A stretch of 64,000 nucleotides of DNA, from the NCBI GenBank assembly GCA_964016885.1, contig OZ024741.1, positions 228,036,001 to 228,100,000 on the forward strand. The letters are read 5' to 3'. Both the position numbers and the translations under genes were made by a program. This stretch comes from Eledone cirrhosa (Eukaryota). Of the stretch, positions 52,601 to 63,400 are shown piece after piece; the stretch's first letter is position 1; each line of letters begins with the position of its first letter. The notes below the pieces were generated by a model. That model saw nothing but the letters and a program-made list of their open reading frames with translations. It was not told where the DNA came from and searched no databases.

Positions 52601-54118
52601 AGAGCAGGATACAAGTTGGGAAGAGGAGAGCTTACCATCAACCACCTCCTCTTCATGGACGACCTTAAACTCTTTGCGAAGAGTGAGGAATTGGATGCAC
52701 TTGTTGACACTGTCCGTATTTTCAGCAATGATATATGTATGGAATTTGGTATTAATAAGTGTGGAGTCCTAGTGATGAAGAGGGGTTAATTGAGCAGAAG
52801 CAACGGAATCCAGGTACCAACAGGTGAGATGATAAAAGAAATTGACACTGAAGAAGGATACAAATATTTAGGTGTTCTGGAAGCAGATGACATCAAGAAC
52901 AAAAAAAATGTAGGAATTGATAAGATCTGAGTACACAAGGAGAGTAAGGAGCGTATTAAAATCACATCTAAATAGTAGGAATGTCATGAGTGCAGTAAAT
53001 TCCCGAGCTTTGTCTATTATTAGGTACAGTGCGGGAATTCTGAAATGGAATGTTGCTGAACAAAAAGAAATGGATAGGAAGACTAGGAAGCTATTGACTA
53101 TCTATAACATGTTCCATAAGAGGAGTGATGTCGATAGATTCTACTTAAAGAGATCTGAAGGTGGAAAAAGTCTGTGTTCAGATGGAGAAAAACAACCTGC
53201 ACAAATATGTGACTGACAGTAGGGAGCCAATGCTCAAAATTGTACTGAAGGAGAAGACAATAGACCAGGGGATGTCCAAGGCGGAAGAGCAACCTTCATG
53301 AAAAATCCCTTAATAGCACCTTCTTTAAGAAAACGGAATTTAGAGATCCACAGACATGGAATTGGTTAAAAAGAGGAAACCTTAAAAAGGCTACAGAAGG
53401 AATGCTAATGGCTGCGCAAGAGCAGGCCCTCCAAACGAAGTGGGTGAAACACCATATTGACAAGGAGGAGGCTAGCTCACTGTGTAGGATCTGTTGAGAG
53501 AGGAGACTGTGGCTCACATTGTATCCGAGAGTAAACACCTAGCCCAGACTCACTATAAAGGCTGGAGACATGATGTGATGGGCAGGGTGATCCACTGGCA
53601 TCTATGCAAAGTAAACAATTTACCACATTCTGAAAAGTGGTATGAGCATAAGCCAGAGTCGGTGATAGAAAACGATCAGGTGAAGGTGCTACAGGATTTT
53701 AGGATACAGACAGACAAGAAATTAAAACAATAGGCCTAACCTGGTGGTTTTTGACAAGGAAAAAAGATCGTGCCTGATTGTAGATGTAGCCTGCCCATTT
53801 GACACGAGAGTGAAAGAAAAGGAGAGGGAGAAAATTAACCGATACCAGGATTTAAAGTGGGAGTTAAAAAGGATTTGGAACTGTCATGATTTCAAGGTCG
53901 TCCCGATTGTCATAGGAGCATTAGATACTATCTCAAAGAGTTTCCGAGGATGGTTAAAGAAGATTAGTCCAGCTCCCTTCTTTGGAACACTTCAAAAGGC
54001 ATGCTTGCTGGGAACAGCAAGAACCCTCCGATACGTCCTGAATGGCTGAGGCTGCAGGTAGCGGCTTGGTATTCATTTCAACAAACTTTCTAGTTAAATA
54101 ACATCAATGACAGACTCA
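49620..54118 (+). mobile_element. R4/Dong copy 3, older divergent subfamily, decayed
   Basis: Fragmented ORFs 50778-54049 homologous to copy 1, with many stops. Confidence 0.9.
50187..50380 (-). mobile_element. SINE inserted in the 5' UTR of Dong copy 3
   Basis: Reverse complement of the full SINE; tail at (AAT)n. Confidence 0.85.
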
Positions 54119-54137
54119 TATACACTGAGACTTATAT

Positions 54138-54552
54138 AGGCACAAGGCCAGCAATTTTGGGGGAGGGGAAACTCGATTAAATCGACCCAGTGTGTGACTG
54201 GTATTTTATTTTATCAACGCCGTAAGGATGAAAGGCAAAGTTAACCTCGTTGGGATTTCAACTCAGACCGTAAAGGGACGTAACTCTATGCTACAAAGCA
54301 TGACATCCGACTCTCTACCGATACTGTCAATCCACCGCCCTTATAATAATAATAATAATAATTGTTTCTACTTTTGGCACAAGGCCAGCAATTATCCCAG
54401 TGTATTACTGGTACTTTATTTTATCGACCCCTTAAGGATGAAAGGCAAAGTTAACCTCGTTGGGATTGCAACTCAGACCGTAAAGGGACGTAACTCTATG
54501 CTACAAAGCATGGCATCCGACTCTCTACCGATACTGTCAATCCACCGCCCTT
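54138..54552 (-). mobile_element. Two tandem SINEs
   Basis: Reverse complement head, core and tail, separated by (AAT)n. Confidence 0.88.
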
Positions 54553-54825
54553 ATAATAATAATAATAATAATGATTTCATTTATTGGCCACAAGGGCCGA
54601 CATATAGGGGACAACACAATAGACAGGGACAGTGGGGGTTTACATAGAGATCGAGTAAGTATAAATAACAAAAAAACAAAATAACAATAAAAATACAACA
54701 ATGAAAGTTCCCCAATAAGAGGGATCACCACCCAGGGTTGACTCAAGCACCCCACCAGTCCTGAGCCACCCGACGCTCCTAGGGCACCCTGGAAGGGCAC
54801 CCCTCTCCTTCTCGAATTCACCAGC

Positions 54826-57800
54826 CTACAGGCGCATGATCAGAGTAGGCCCACTCACGCGGGCCATTCTCGCCACATTCACCCACCTTTCAGTAAATGT
54901 ACTGGGGGGCAGCACTTCTCTCTCCACCCTCACCTTCCTTTCCAAGTGAAACTTGAAGAAGTTGATGAGGGATTGGCCGAAGAGAAAAGTGTCTGTCTTC
55001 AGTCCTTTCAACCTGGTCCACCATGCAACCTCTTTCGCTACTGCCACCAGGCAGAGGAAAATTGCCTGCCCTTCCTGACCAAAAGAAGGCGGCGGGTCAA
55101 TCTTCACTATGGACTCGGACGATAGCCGGATCCGTTCTACACGCGACAATAGCTGTTCGACATAACCCCACAAGTCAGCAATGCACGGACACTGGACGAG
55201 TGCGTGCAGAACGGTTTCGTCGCTCTGCGCGCATCTCGGGCAGGTTCGTCTGACAGCACTTCCGTGCCTGTAGAGTTTATCCCGAACCGGCAGCGCCCCC
55301 CGGTAGCACTGCCAAGCGAGGGATTTCTGGAAGTTATCCATCGTCCCCGGCTCGAAAGTCCTCCGGAACATACTGGTCAGTTCTACTTCGTTGACGCCCA
55401 GAGCCTCTCCTAGTACGTCATCGCACTTGCCCTCCACTAATCCTCTATAGAAATCTTGAGTGGAAGTTCCACTGACCGCATTGCCCACCTTGCAGAGTGC
55501 AGTGAGCGCCTGGCAACATTCCAGATGCCAGTCGCCCAGTCTCGGTCTCTTCTTGACCCAGGACTGCAGCTCAGTCAAAGAGATGAGCTGCGGAAAGGCC
55601 CGTCTAACAAACGGCGACCACACCTGTTCACCGTTTAGGCAAAATATCTGGAGATGTCGCAGCCTCAGCGCATCTCTGCGCATCATTAGCCACGGCATGC
55701 CCAGCCCTCCACGAAGAGGGTGCTGGCAGCAGATGGACCGCCTCACCAACGGGACCCGTCCCCTCCACAAAAATTTGAAAAGGAGCCGTTCCAAATTGGC
55801 GAGGCGTGGACGGGGGCAAGGCACGACGGTCAGGCGGTAGTAGATGACGGACGCGATGTACGCGTTCGCCACCTCCGCCCGCCCTTTCAGTGATAGCTTT
55901 CTCTCAGCCCATTTCTGGGTGAGGTTGGCTATCCTGCTCGTCACCTCGTCCCAATTCTTATCCACCTGGAGGTCTGGTCCGAACCAAACCCCGAGCAACT
56001 TTACCGGTCCGTCTGTCCAGCGCCCAACGACGCTGTTGGACGGCATGGACTTGCCTCTCCAGGTGCCGAGCTGCAAGCCCACCGACTTTTCCGGGTTAAG
56101 TTTTGCTCCCGTCAACCTTTCATATTCCTCCAAATGGGTGCGGATCACCTCGATTTCCGAGGTGTCCGACACCATCACGGTGATGTCGTCCGCATAAGCG
56201 GACGCAGCCTTTCTACGTCCCGGTTCGAGCGGGATGCCCTGCAACAACTCCAGCTTCCGCAGTAGAGGCTCAAGAGTCAATACGTACAGAAGTGAGGAGA
56301 GAGGGCACCCTTGACGGACCGATCGAGAGATCTGAAACGGTTCCGAGAGGTGGCCATTAACTTTGACCACCGAGCGGATGCCGCTGTACATTGCAGCGAT
56401 CCAGCTTCTGAAGACGGGGCCGAAGCCAGCCGCCTCGAGGACAGCCTCCAAGTACCGATGGTCGACCCTATCGAATGCTTTCGATTGATCTAAATTGATC
56501 AGAGCCCCACCGAAGCCAGGTTTGCACCCAACCCTCTCTATGATGTATCGCATGAGGTGGAGGTTGTCGTGTATGGACCTGGTCGGGATTGCGCAAGTTT
56601 GCGCCTCCCCAACCAAATCTTTGACGACAAGCGCCAACCTTTTCGCTAACACCTTGGCCAAAATCTTAAACTCTGTGTTGAGCAGGGTTATGGGCCTGAA
56701 ATTATCTAGTGTGTCCCTCTTGTTCTCGTCTTTCCTTATCAGCGTCACTACGCCACGGCTCACAGAACTGGGAATGCTCCCGTTCTGCTGCCAGTTGCAG
56801 TAGAGCGCTTCGAGGAGATCGGAGAACAAGTCTGGCATATTTACGTAAAGCTCGTAGGGCAGACCATCCAAACCGGGTGACTTGCGACTCGAGCAGCCGA
56901 CAAGGGCGTCCTGAATTTCGGCTGATGTTATCGGCTCTTCGCAGCGCTCAGCGTCGGCCGTCGAGAGGCGTGGCAAGCCGTCGAGGTAGGGACTGAAGTC
57001 CGCCGCCGTCTCCGACTCACCCATCCTCCCGAACAATCGAGCAAAGTGCTGGCGAAAGGCCTCACACATCTGCTTGGAATCGCTCAGTTCGTGTCCATCT
57101 CGATCCGTCAAAGACCGAATTGTGGTTTTATTTCCACGCTGCGTCTCTGCAAAGCGAGCCCATCGGGCAGCTTTGGTTCCCTCGTTCCTCAGAGCACGCG
57201 CCTTAGCTCTGACAATGCAACCTTCGTGTTTCGCATTGAAGAAATGGTCTAGTGCCATTCTCGCCGCTAGCACGTCTGTTGCAATGCCACTACAAATAGC
57301 CTCGTCTAACTTAGCTATCAGCCCCTCCTCCTTTCTATTTTTCTCTATTGCTACTTCTTTGCTAAATCCTATCGAGGTTGCTCTAATCTCTCTTTTGAGT
57401 GCCCCCCACCACCTGTTGTTGACAACCCCCCCTGTCAACATTTGCTTAACTAAGTTGTTGACCCGGTCCCTGTAAGCTTTACGTGCCGGAAACGACATGT
57501 TTAGCTTCCAGTAGCTAGGTCCTAACCTACGTGTCTTATCTAGGTCGACCATACAGATCACAAGCTTGTGATCTGAATAGGCAACCGTTTTAAAATGTGG
57601 ACATCCTACACTATTTCTATCTCTTTTCCTAATGAAAATCCTATCTATGTACGATCTAGATGACCCTATGCGATTGGTCCAGGTCCATACTGGCGCATTA
57701 GGGAAATCTAGTCGGTACCTGTCAGACAGTTGAAACTGGCTGATCAGGTACTTGAGGCTTTTGCGCCCCCCGCTCCTATCAGATACTCCCACACAATCCC

Positions 57801-58245
57801 AGCGTGCTTCTAAGATGCCATTCCAATCCCCTATTAACAGTAAAGGGCGAGACGTAAGCAGAAAGTTTTCCAGGCGCCTAAAGAAGTCCGGCCGACCGGC
57901 CCCAGTAGGGGCGTAGACGGCCACCAGTCTAAAGGCACCACCTTCGCTATTGCTCACGTCCAGGACCACCAACTTTCCGTCAGGATCCCGGAAGATTGAC
58001 CTTACCTCGAGATCCAGACATTTCCTAAACAGCACAGCCACTCCACCTCCCATTCCCGGCCGACTAACAGATGCAAAGATCTGATAATCGTCGAAAATCG
58101 GCGCCAGTGCGCGTGTGTCGGAAATTCTGGTCTCGCTGATGGCAATTACATCCATTCCTAGTGACCTGAGGTCGTTGAGCAAGTGACCTTGCTTCCAGGG
58201 CGACCCCAGGCCACGAACATTTAAACTTCCTACTCTTATGGCCAT
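54826..58245 (-). CDS. ORF2, 1139 aa: AP-like endonuclease, reverse transcriptase, C-terminal CCHC
   Basis: SLNVRGL, SET, VYAP, GDWN, SYIDRI, SDH; DQSKAFD, RQGCPLS, YADD; CPRCAQSDETVLHALVQC. Confidence 0.95.
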   Translation of the reverse strand: MAIRVGSLNVRGLGSPWKQGHLLNDLRSLGMDVIAISETRISDTRALAPIFDDYQIFASVSRPGMGGGVAVLFRKCLDLEVRSIFRDPDGKLVVLDVSNSEGGAFRLVAVYAPTGAGRPDFFRRLENFLLTSRPLLLIGDWNGILEARWDCVGVSDRSGGRKSLKYLISQFQLSDRYRLDFPNAPVWTWTNRIGSSRSYIDRIFIRKRDRNSVGCPHFKTVAYSDHKLVICMVDLDKTRRLGPSYWKLNMSFPARKAYRDRVNNLVKQMLTGGVVNNRWWGALKREIRATSIGFSKEVAIEKNRKEEGLIAKLDEAICSGIATDVLAARMALDHFFNAKHEGCIVRAKARALRNEGTKAARWARFAETQRGNKTTIRSLTDRDGHELSDSKQMCEAFRQHFARLFGRMGESETAADFSPYLDGLPRLSTADAERCEEPITSAEIQDALVGCSSRKSPGLDGLPYELYVNMPDLFSDLLEALYCNWQQNGSIPSSVSRGVVTLIRKDENKRDTLDNFRPITLLNTEFKILAKVLAKRLALVVKDLVGEAQTCAIPTRSIHDNLHLMRYIIERVGCKPGFGGALINLDQSKAFDRVDHRYLEAVLEAAGFGPVFRSWIAAMYSGIRSVVKVNGHLSEPFQISRSVRQGCPLSSLLYVLTLEPLLRKLELLQGIPLEPGRRKAASAYADDITVMVSDTSEIEVIRTHLEEYERLTGAKLNPEKSVGLQLGTWRGKSMPSNSVVGRWTDGPVKLLGVWFGPDLQVDKNWDEVTSRIANLTQKWAERKLSLKGRAEVANAYIASVIYYRLTVVPCPRPRLANLERLLFKFLWRGRVPLVRRSICCQHPLRGGLGMPWLMMRRDALRLRHLQIFCLNGEQVWSPFVRRAFPQLISLTELQSWVKKRPRLGDWHLECCQALTALCKVGNAVSGTSTQDFYRGLVEGKCDDVLGEALGVNEVELTSMFRRTFEPGTMDNFQKSLAWQCYRGALPVRDKLYRHGSAVRRTCPRCAQSDETVLHALVQCPCIADLWGYVEQLLSRVERIRLSSESIVKIDPPPSFGQEGQAIFLCLVAVAKEVAWWTRLKGLKTDTFLFGQSLINFFKFHLERKVRVEREVLPPSTFTERWVNVARMARVSGPTLIMRL

Positions 58246-58274
58246 GCTGGCAGGATGAATGGGAGAGGAAAGGT

Positions 58275-60185
58275 TTACTTACCTTCCGGGGTCTTGTGAA
58301 GGTCGGGTGGTTCGACCTCCATGGTTTGTGGGGTTTCTTTTGGGAACCCCTTTAATAGTCTTGACGTGGGTTTTACGTTCGGGGTTCCCACATCCCGAGG
58401 AAAGCTCTTTCGAATTTCTTTGTATGAAGCGAGCGACATTCGCATCAGAAGCAAATTATCTGGTACGCGAAATGTGCTCGCTTCAAATGTTTCCCCGTCT
58501 TTTTCGATGTTTGTGCTTCGTGCTACATGGGCCATCAATTCCTTGTTGGCCCTTCTGGCAAGCACGAAGTTTTTAATGTTTTGTTGCTCGGGTTTTATTT
58601 GTTCGTGTGATTGTGGTGGTGATAGCTTTGTTAGTGTTGTTTCTATTGTGTCTGCGTTTGTTGTGGGTGGGGTGTCTGTAGTTTCTGATGTTTGTGTGTC
58701 TATTTGTTCTTGTGTCTGTTTAGCTTGTTTGCGTTTGGGGGATTTTGGTGGTTGTGTTGGTGATGCTGTGGGGAAAATGTTTGTGTGGGTGGTGTGTGTA
58801 TTTTTTTTTGTGGGGGTGTTTGTGCTTTGTGGATTTCTTTTTTTTTTGTGTTTTGTTTTTTGTATTTTGGGGGACTTTGGTTTTCCCTCATCTTCACTGC
58901 TGGAGGATGAGGGGTCTGTGGCTGTGAGCGTGTTTGTGTCTGAGTGAGTGTTTATGTTCTTGTTCGTGTGTGTATTTTGGGGGGGAGGGGGAATGGGAGA
59001 GCTTTCCTCGTTTCCCCCCTGGGTGTGCAATTTTGGTGGTTCCATTGTTGACGGTGTTGCTGGTGGTCCTTGTCCCGGCGTCGCCAGCAGTGGAATCTTT
59101 CGACCCCTTGCGCTTTTCGGCAGTTGAGGGCAGAAGGCTCGCAAGTGTGTCGTTTCCCCACAAAGGAAACAATGCGGCCTTTTGCCCTCAGTCATTATAT
59201 GCAACACCCTCCCGTTTTGGAGGCGGATGTGGTCCGGGATTGTTTTTACGTTTTCGGGTCTGATTTGGAGCAGTATCTCCAGATCAACCCCGGACCAGTC
59301 GTCCCTGGCAGTTCTCGTTGCCTCTACCGGGACTGTATCCGTTCCTTCCACGATTACGCAACCCAGGAGCCACCACATATCAAGTCCTGGTGGAATCCTG
59401 GGAATGCGCACACGTGCTATTCGTTTTCCCATGTGGGAGGGGTACATTATGACCTTGCTGGTTTTGCAAGGGGTCATTGAATGCTTCACAGCGAGGGCTT
59501 CAGACTTGAACAGCACCGAAACGGTGCCGTATTGCCTGCCCCTCTCTATGAAGTCTGTGTCCTCTCTGATGTATTTCAGTGCGGCTTCTATGTCAGCTTG
59601 GGCGATTATCGCTGCCCTCTTTGTCTCTACTGAGATGCATCTGAAATGCACCGTTCTTTTTTCCACTGCCTCAATGGCTTCTGCCGGGACAGTTAAGTTT
59701 GCCCAGGTCTGCTCTTGATTTATGATTTTCCAGGCCTGGGCCAACTTTTCCTCTCTGTTGGTTAAGTCGATGCTGTAGCATGGTCTCCTTTTAGCCGCTG
59801 CCACAGCAGCGAAAGTGTTCTTGTTGGTGTTGTCACTGTTGTTGTTCTTGTTGGTGTTGCTGCTGCTATTGCTGTTGTTGTTCTCCCCTGTGTCGTGGTT
59901 ACCTTCTGTGCTGTTGGCCTTGTTGGTGCTGCTGCTGTCGCTACTATTACTCTCTGTGCTGTTCGTTTTGTTGGTGCTCTCGCTATTACCACCTTCTGCG
60001 CTGTTCGGCTTGTTGGTGTTGGTGTTGTCGCTGTTACCACCTTCCGCGCCGCTCGGCCCGTTGGTGCTGGCACTGTCGCTGCTCACATTCGTGCTGGTGG
60101 CGCTCCTCGCCTCACCTCTCCTCTCAACGCTCAAGTCGCCGTTGCACGACAGCAGACCCGCCTCTAGGGGGCGTGGCTCCGCCAT
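58275..60185 (-). CDS. ORF1, 636 aa: gag-like nucleic-acid-binding protein with a CCHC knuckle
   Basis: CFLCGETTHLRAFC; N/S/T-rich N-terminus and P/T/K-rich linker; homologous to ORF1 of A and B. Confidence 0.9.
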   Translation of the reverse strand: MAEPRPLEAGLLSCNGDLSVERRGEARSATSTNVSSDSASTNGPSGAEGGNSDNTNTNKPNSAEGGNSESTNKTNSTESNSSDSSSTNKANSTEGNHDTGENNNSNSSSNTNKNNNSDNTNKNTFAAVAAAKRRPCYSIDLTNREEKLAQAWKIINQEQTWANLTVPAEAIEAVEKRTVHFRCISVETKRAAIIAQADIEAALKYIREDTDFIERGRQYGTVSVLFKSEALAVKHSMTPCKTSKVIMYPSHMGKRIARVRIPRIPPGLDMWWLLGCVIVEGTDTVPVEATRTARDDWSGVDLEILLQIRPENVKTIPDHIRLQNGRVLHIMTEGKRPHCFLCGETTHLRAFCPQLPKSARGRKIPLLATPGQGPPATPSTMEPPKLHTQGGNEESSPIPPPPQNTHTNKNINTHSDTNTLTATDPSSSSSEDEGKPKSPKIQKTKHKKKRNPQSTNTPTKKNTHTTHTNIFPTASPTQPPKSPKRKQAKQTQEQIDTQTSETTDTPPTTNADTIETTLTKLSPPQSHEQIKPEQQNIKNFVLARRANKELMAHVARSTNIEKDGETFEASTFRVPDNLLLMRMSLASYKEIRKSFPRDVGTPNVKPTSRLLKGFPKETPQTMEVEPPDLHKTPEGK

Positions 60186-60395
60186 GTTTTTTTGAGAAAA
60201 AAATTATTATTTTTTTCAAAATAAAGTTCAAATATTTGGGCCAAAAGGCCCAAATATTATGAGTTATTCCTTCACAGTATACAAATTAATGTCTTATAAT
60301 GCTTCAGCGGTACAAAAAATAAACAATTCTCTACAATTAATCCTCAAAAAATTGCTTACTCACGGAGCTTCAAAAAACGTACATCCACTTTCGTC

Positions 60396-60433
<38 letters not shown>

Positions 60434-63400
60434 GGGAAGAAGACGCACGAGGTGACGGAGGTCATGAAATCGCTCCCGTAAGTTTTGAATTTTTAACATA
60501 TTTAAACCATTTGTGAAATAACAACTCTTAGTACAAATGCTACGTAAAGCACCCGGCTTGAGCCCCAAAAAATTCGGACCCAAAATATATTGTTATAAGG
60601 CTCAAATATTCAAATATTCAACTTTGTATTGTACACTGTATATCCCCCCCCCCAAAAAAAATGGCTATAAATGGAAGAAGAACCCCTCCCCTCCTCTCCT
60701 CTGGCTACACTATATAGGACAGCTAAACTCACCAACACCAGAAACTAGATACACCACCCACCCCATCATCTGTGTACACTAAACACAACAGCCAGATAAC
60801 GACACATTTTCACCTTCACCGCCACCGCTCACTACGGCCATCATTACCACCACTATCCCATCACCGCCGCCACCACCCCTTGACTCCGCTACAGCACCAT
60901 CACTACAGTAATACGGTCACATCACCGCCACCACTGCCTCGGTATCGACATCACCACCACCACTGTCTCAGTATCGCTAACGCCGCCAGTCTCCCACTTC
61001 CCTGCTGGCTGCTACTTCCACATTATAGAATTCCTACTACTAACAAAGAGGAAGGCATCAAAATATATAGATAGACCCAAAGGAAAAAAGAAAAAACAAA
61101 CAACAAAACCAAAGCAGCACAGCAACAACAGCAAAAAACGAGAAAAACAAACAGAGAAAAACAAAAACAAAAAAAAGAAACCCCAAAAACGTAAAGAAAA
61201 TAAGAATGAAGAGAGAAGCAGGCGGACGGACAGAGAAGAGGGGGGAAAAAGTAAAACTTAAAAAACTAAAACTAAGTCAGACATTCGAACACTACATTAC
61301 AATGAAACTTATGCTTATTCATTTTTGGGGCCCTTTCTGCCTGTGTGTTTGTTTGTTTATGTGTGTTCGTATACAGCGTGGTGATAATGCCACACAAGGG
61401 CCAAGTGGGATGGCGGATCCACAGATGGCTATGTAAACATACATTCGCCAATCCTCGATAAGAGTGTTTAAATATCGAACATAAACAGTTCGAATAACGG
61501 TGAAATGGAGACTAGAACGTCATGTGACAGACTCTCACCCAACAGGTGCCCCCTGGCTCAGCAGCAGGAACCTGACTGTCAACCAAATACTGCTGATGTT
61601 GGAGGAAGGAGAAGAAGGAAAGGGGCCAGAACCAACTGGACGAAAGAATTGAATAGAACTGTTATGCAATGCTACCTGAAAAGTAACCCCAAGGAGAGGG
61701 GCTACAGGAGACGGATGCATAACATCTGGAACGAGATTGGTTTATTTAAATTAGATGAACAAAAATTGGCCGGGCAGGCTCGGGTAATAAGAACTAATGG
61801 GTGGATAAGCGAGCTGGAACTGGAGGAACTGAGCAGAGAGAATGGCTTGGAGATGGCGGGTGTAGTATGCCAGACAAGCGAGCCGGTGGGAAATGAAGGT
61901 GAGGAGGTCCTGAGAACGGAGGAACCACCCGAAGCAGACAATGATCTGAGTACTGAGATAAATAATACCTGGAACAGAGATACGGCCACTGAGGAGATGA
62001 ATGCTGACGGGCTAGGACAAGATTCGGTTGACATCCTAAATTTAGTGGTAGATGAATTGAACAATGATAGTGGGAGACCTATGAACCTAAGATTTGTAGA
62101 CAGGAAAAAGTTAAAAGAAACAACAGCTAAGGTAAACAAAGTCATCCCATACCTTGAGGCGAGGAGCCTTCACCAGTGCAATAATATCCTCAGAGCAACA
62201 GCAAATACGGTGAGGAAACTACTTGGTATAAAAGCGAGAGGAAACAACAGACAAGAAAGAGCAGAGCCGTGGTGGAAGAAGCGACTGAGTGGGCAAATCG
62301 GGGAAATGAGAAATGACATAGGAAAGCTTGAGTCACTACTGAATGGGACACTAAAAAACATAGGCACTAAAAATAGACTGGAAATAAAATACAAAACTAG
62401 GAGTAAAAAGCTAAATATTATCATAGAGGAATTGAAGCAACGCATTGTAGCAAAGAGTGCAAAAATCAGGCGATACGAGAACAGAGTCAGTCAGTATAAA
62501 CAGAACCGCATGTTCGACAACAACCAGAAGATGCTGTTTGGACAGCTTGAGGGCAAAGAAAGAGGCAACGACTTGATCCCTGGGGCGGAGCAAACTAAAA
62601 CATTCTGGAGAGGAATATGGGAGCAGGATGTTAGACACAATGCCCAGGCAGGGTGGATTGAGACAGTACAGAGGGAGATCGGTGAGCAGGCACAGCAACA
62701 GACTGATTTGAGTATCACAGTTGAAACTCTTAAGGGGCAAGCCAAAAAACTAACCAACTGGAAATCACCAGGCCCAGATGGTGTGCAGGGGTATTGGATT
62801 AAACATCTAACATCCCTCCACCCGAAGCTGACGGCCATGTTCAATGACTGCTTGGTGTCGGGTGAGGTGCCAGAGTGGTTGACAAAAGGTACCACAGTTC
62901 TGATAATGAAAGACCGAATCAAGGGTAATGATGCTACCAACTATAGACCTATCACATGTCTGCCCGTAATGTGGAAACTGTTGACGAGCATTGTGTCTGA
63001 GGAAATCTACCATCACCTCCACACAAACAACTTGTTACCGGACGAACAGAAAGGATGCCGAAAGAAGTCACGTGGTACAAAGGACCAGTTGCTTATTGAT
63101 AAGATGGTAATGGGGAATTGCAGGAGGAGACACACTGATCTTGCCATGGGATGGATAGACTACAGAAAGGCATTTGACATGGTGCCTCATTCATGGATCA
63201 CCAAAAGCCTGGAGATCTTCAGGGTGGCGGATAACATCAGACAGTTGCTAGGCAGGAGTATGGGGTCCTGGGAGACAGAGTTGACATCAACTGGAGTATC
63301 CTTGGGAAGCGTGAAGATCAAGAGAGGTATCTTCCAGGGAGATAGCCTGTCCCCTCTGTTGTTTGTCCTTGCCCTGATGCCCTTGACCATTATGCTGCGA

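Larger units (their letters stand above)
54573..60395 (-). mobile_element. Tx1/L1-clade LINE C, full length with two intact ORFs
   Basis: 5' UTR ~210 nt, ORF1, 29-nt spacer, ORF2, 3' UTR with AATAAA; (AAT)n on both flanks. Confidence 0.95.
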
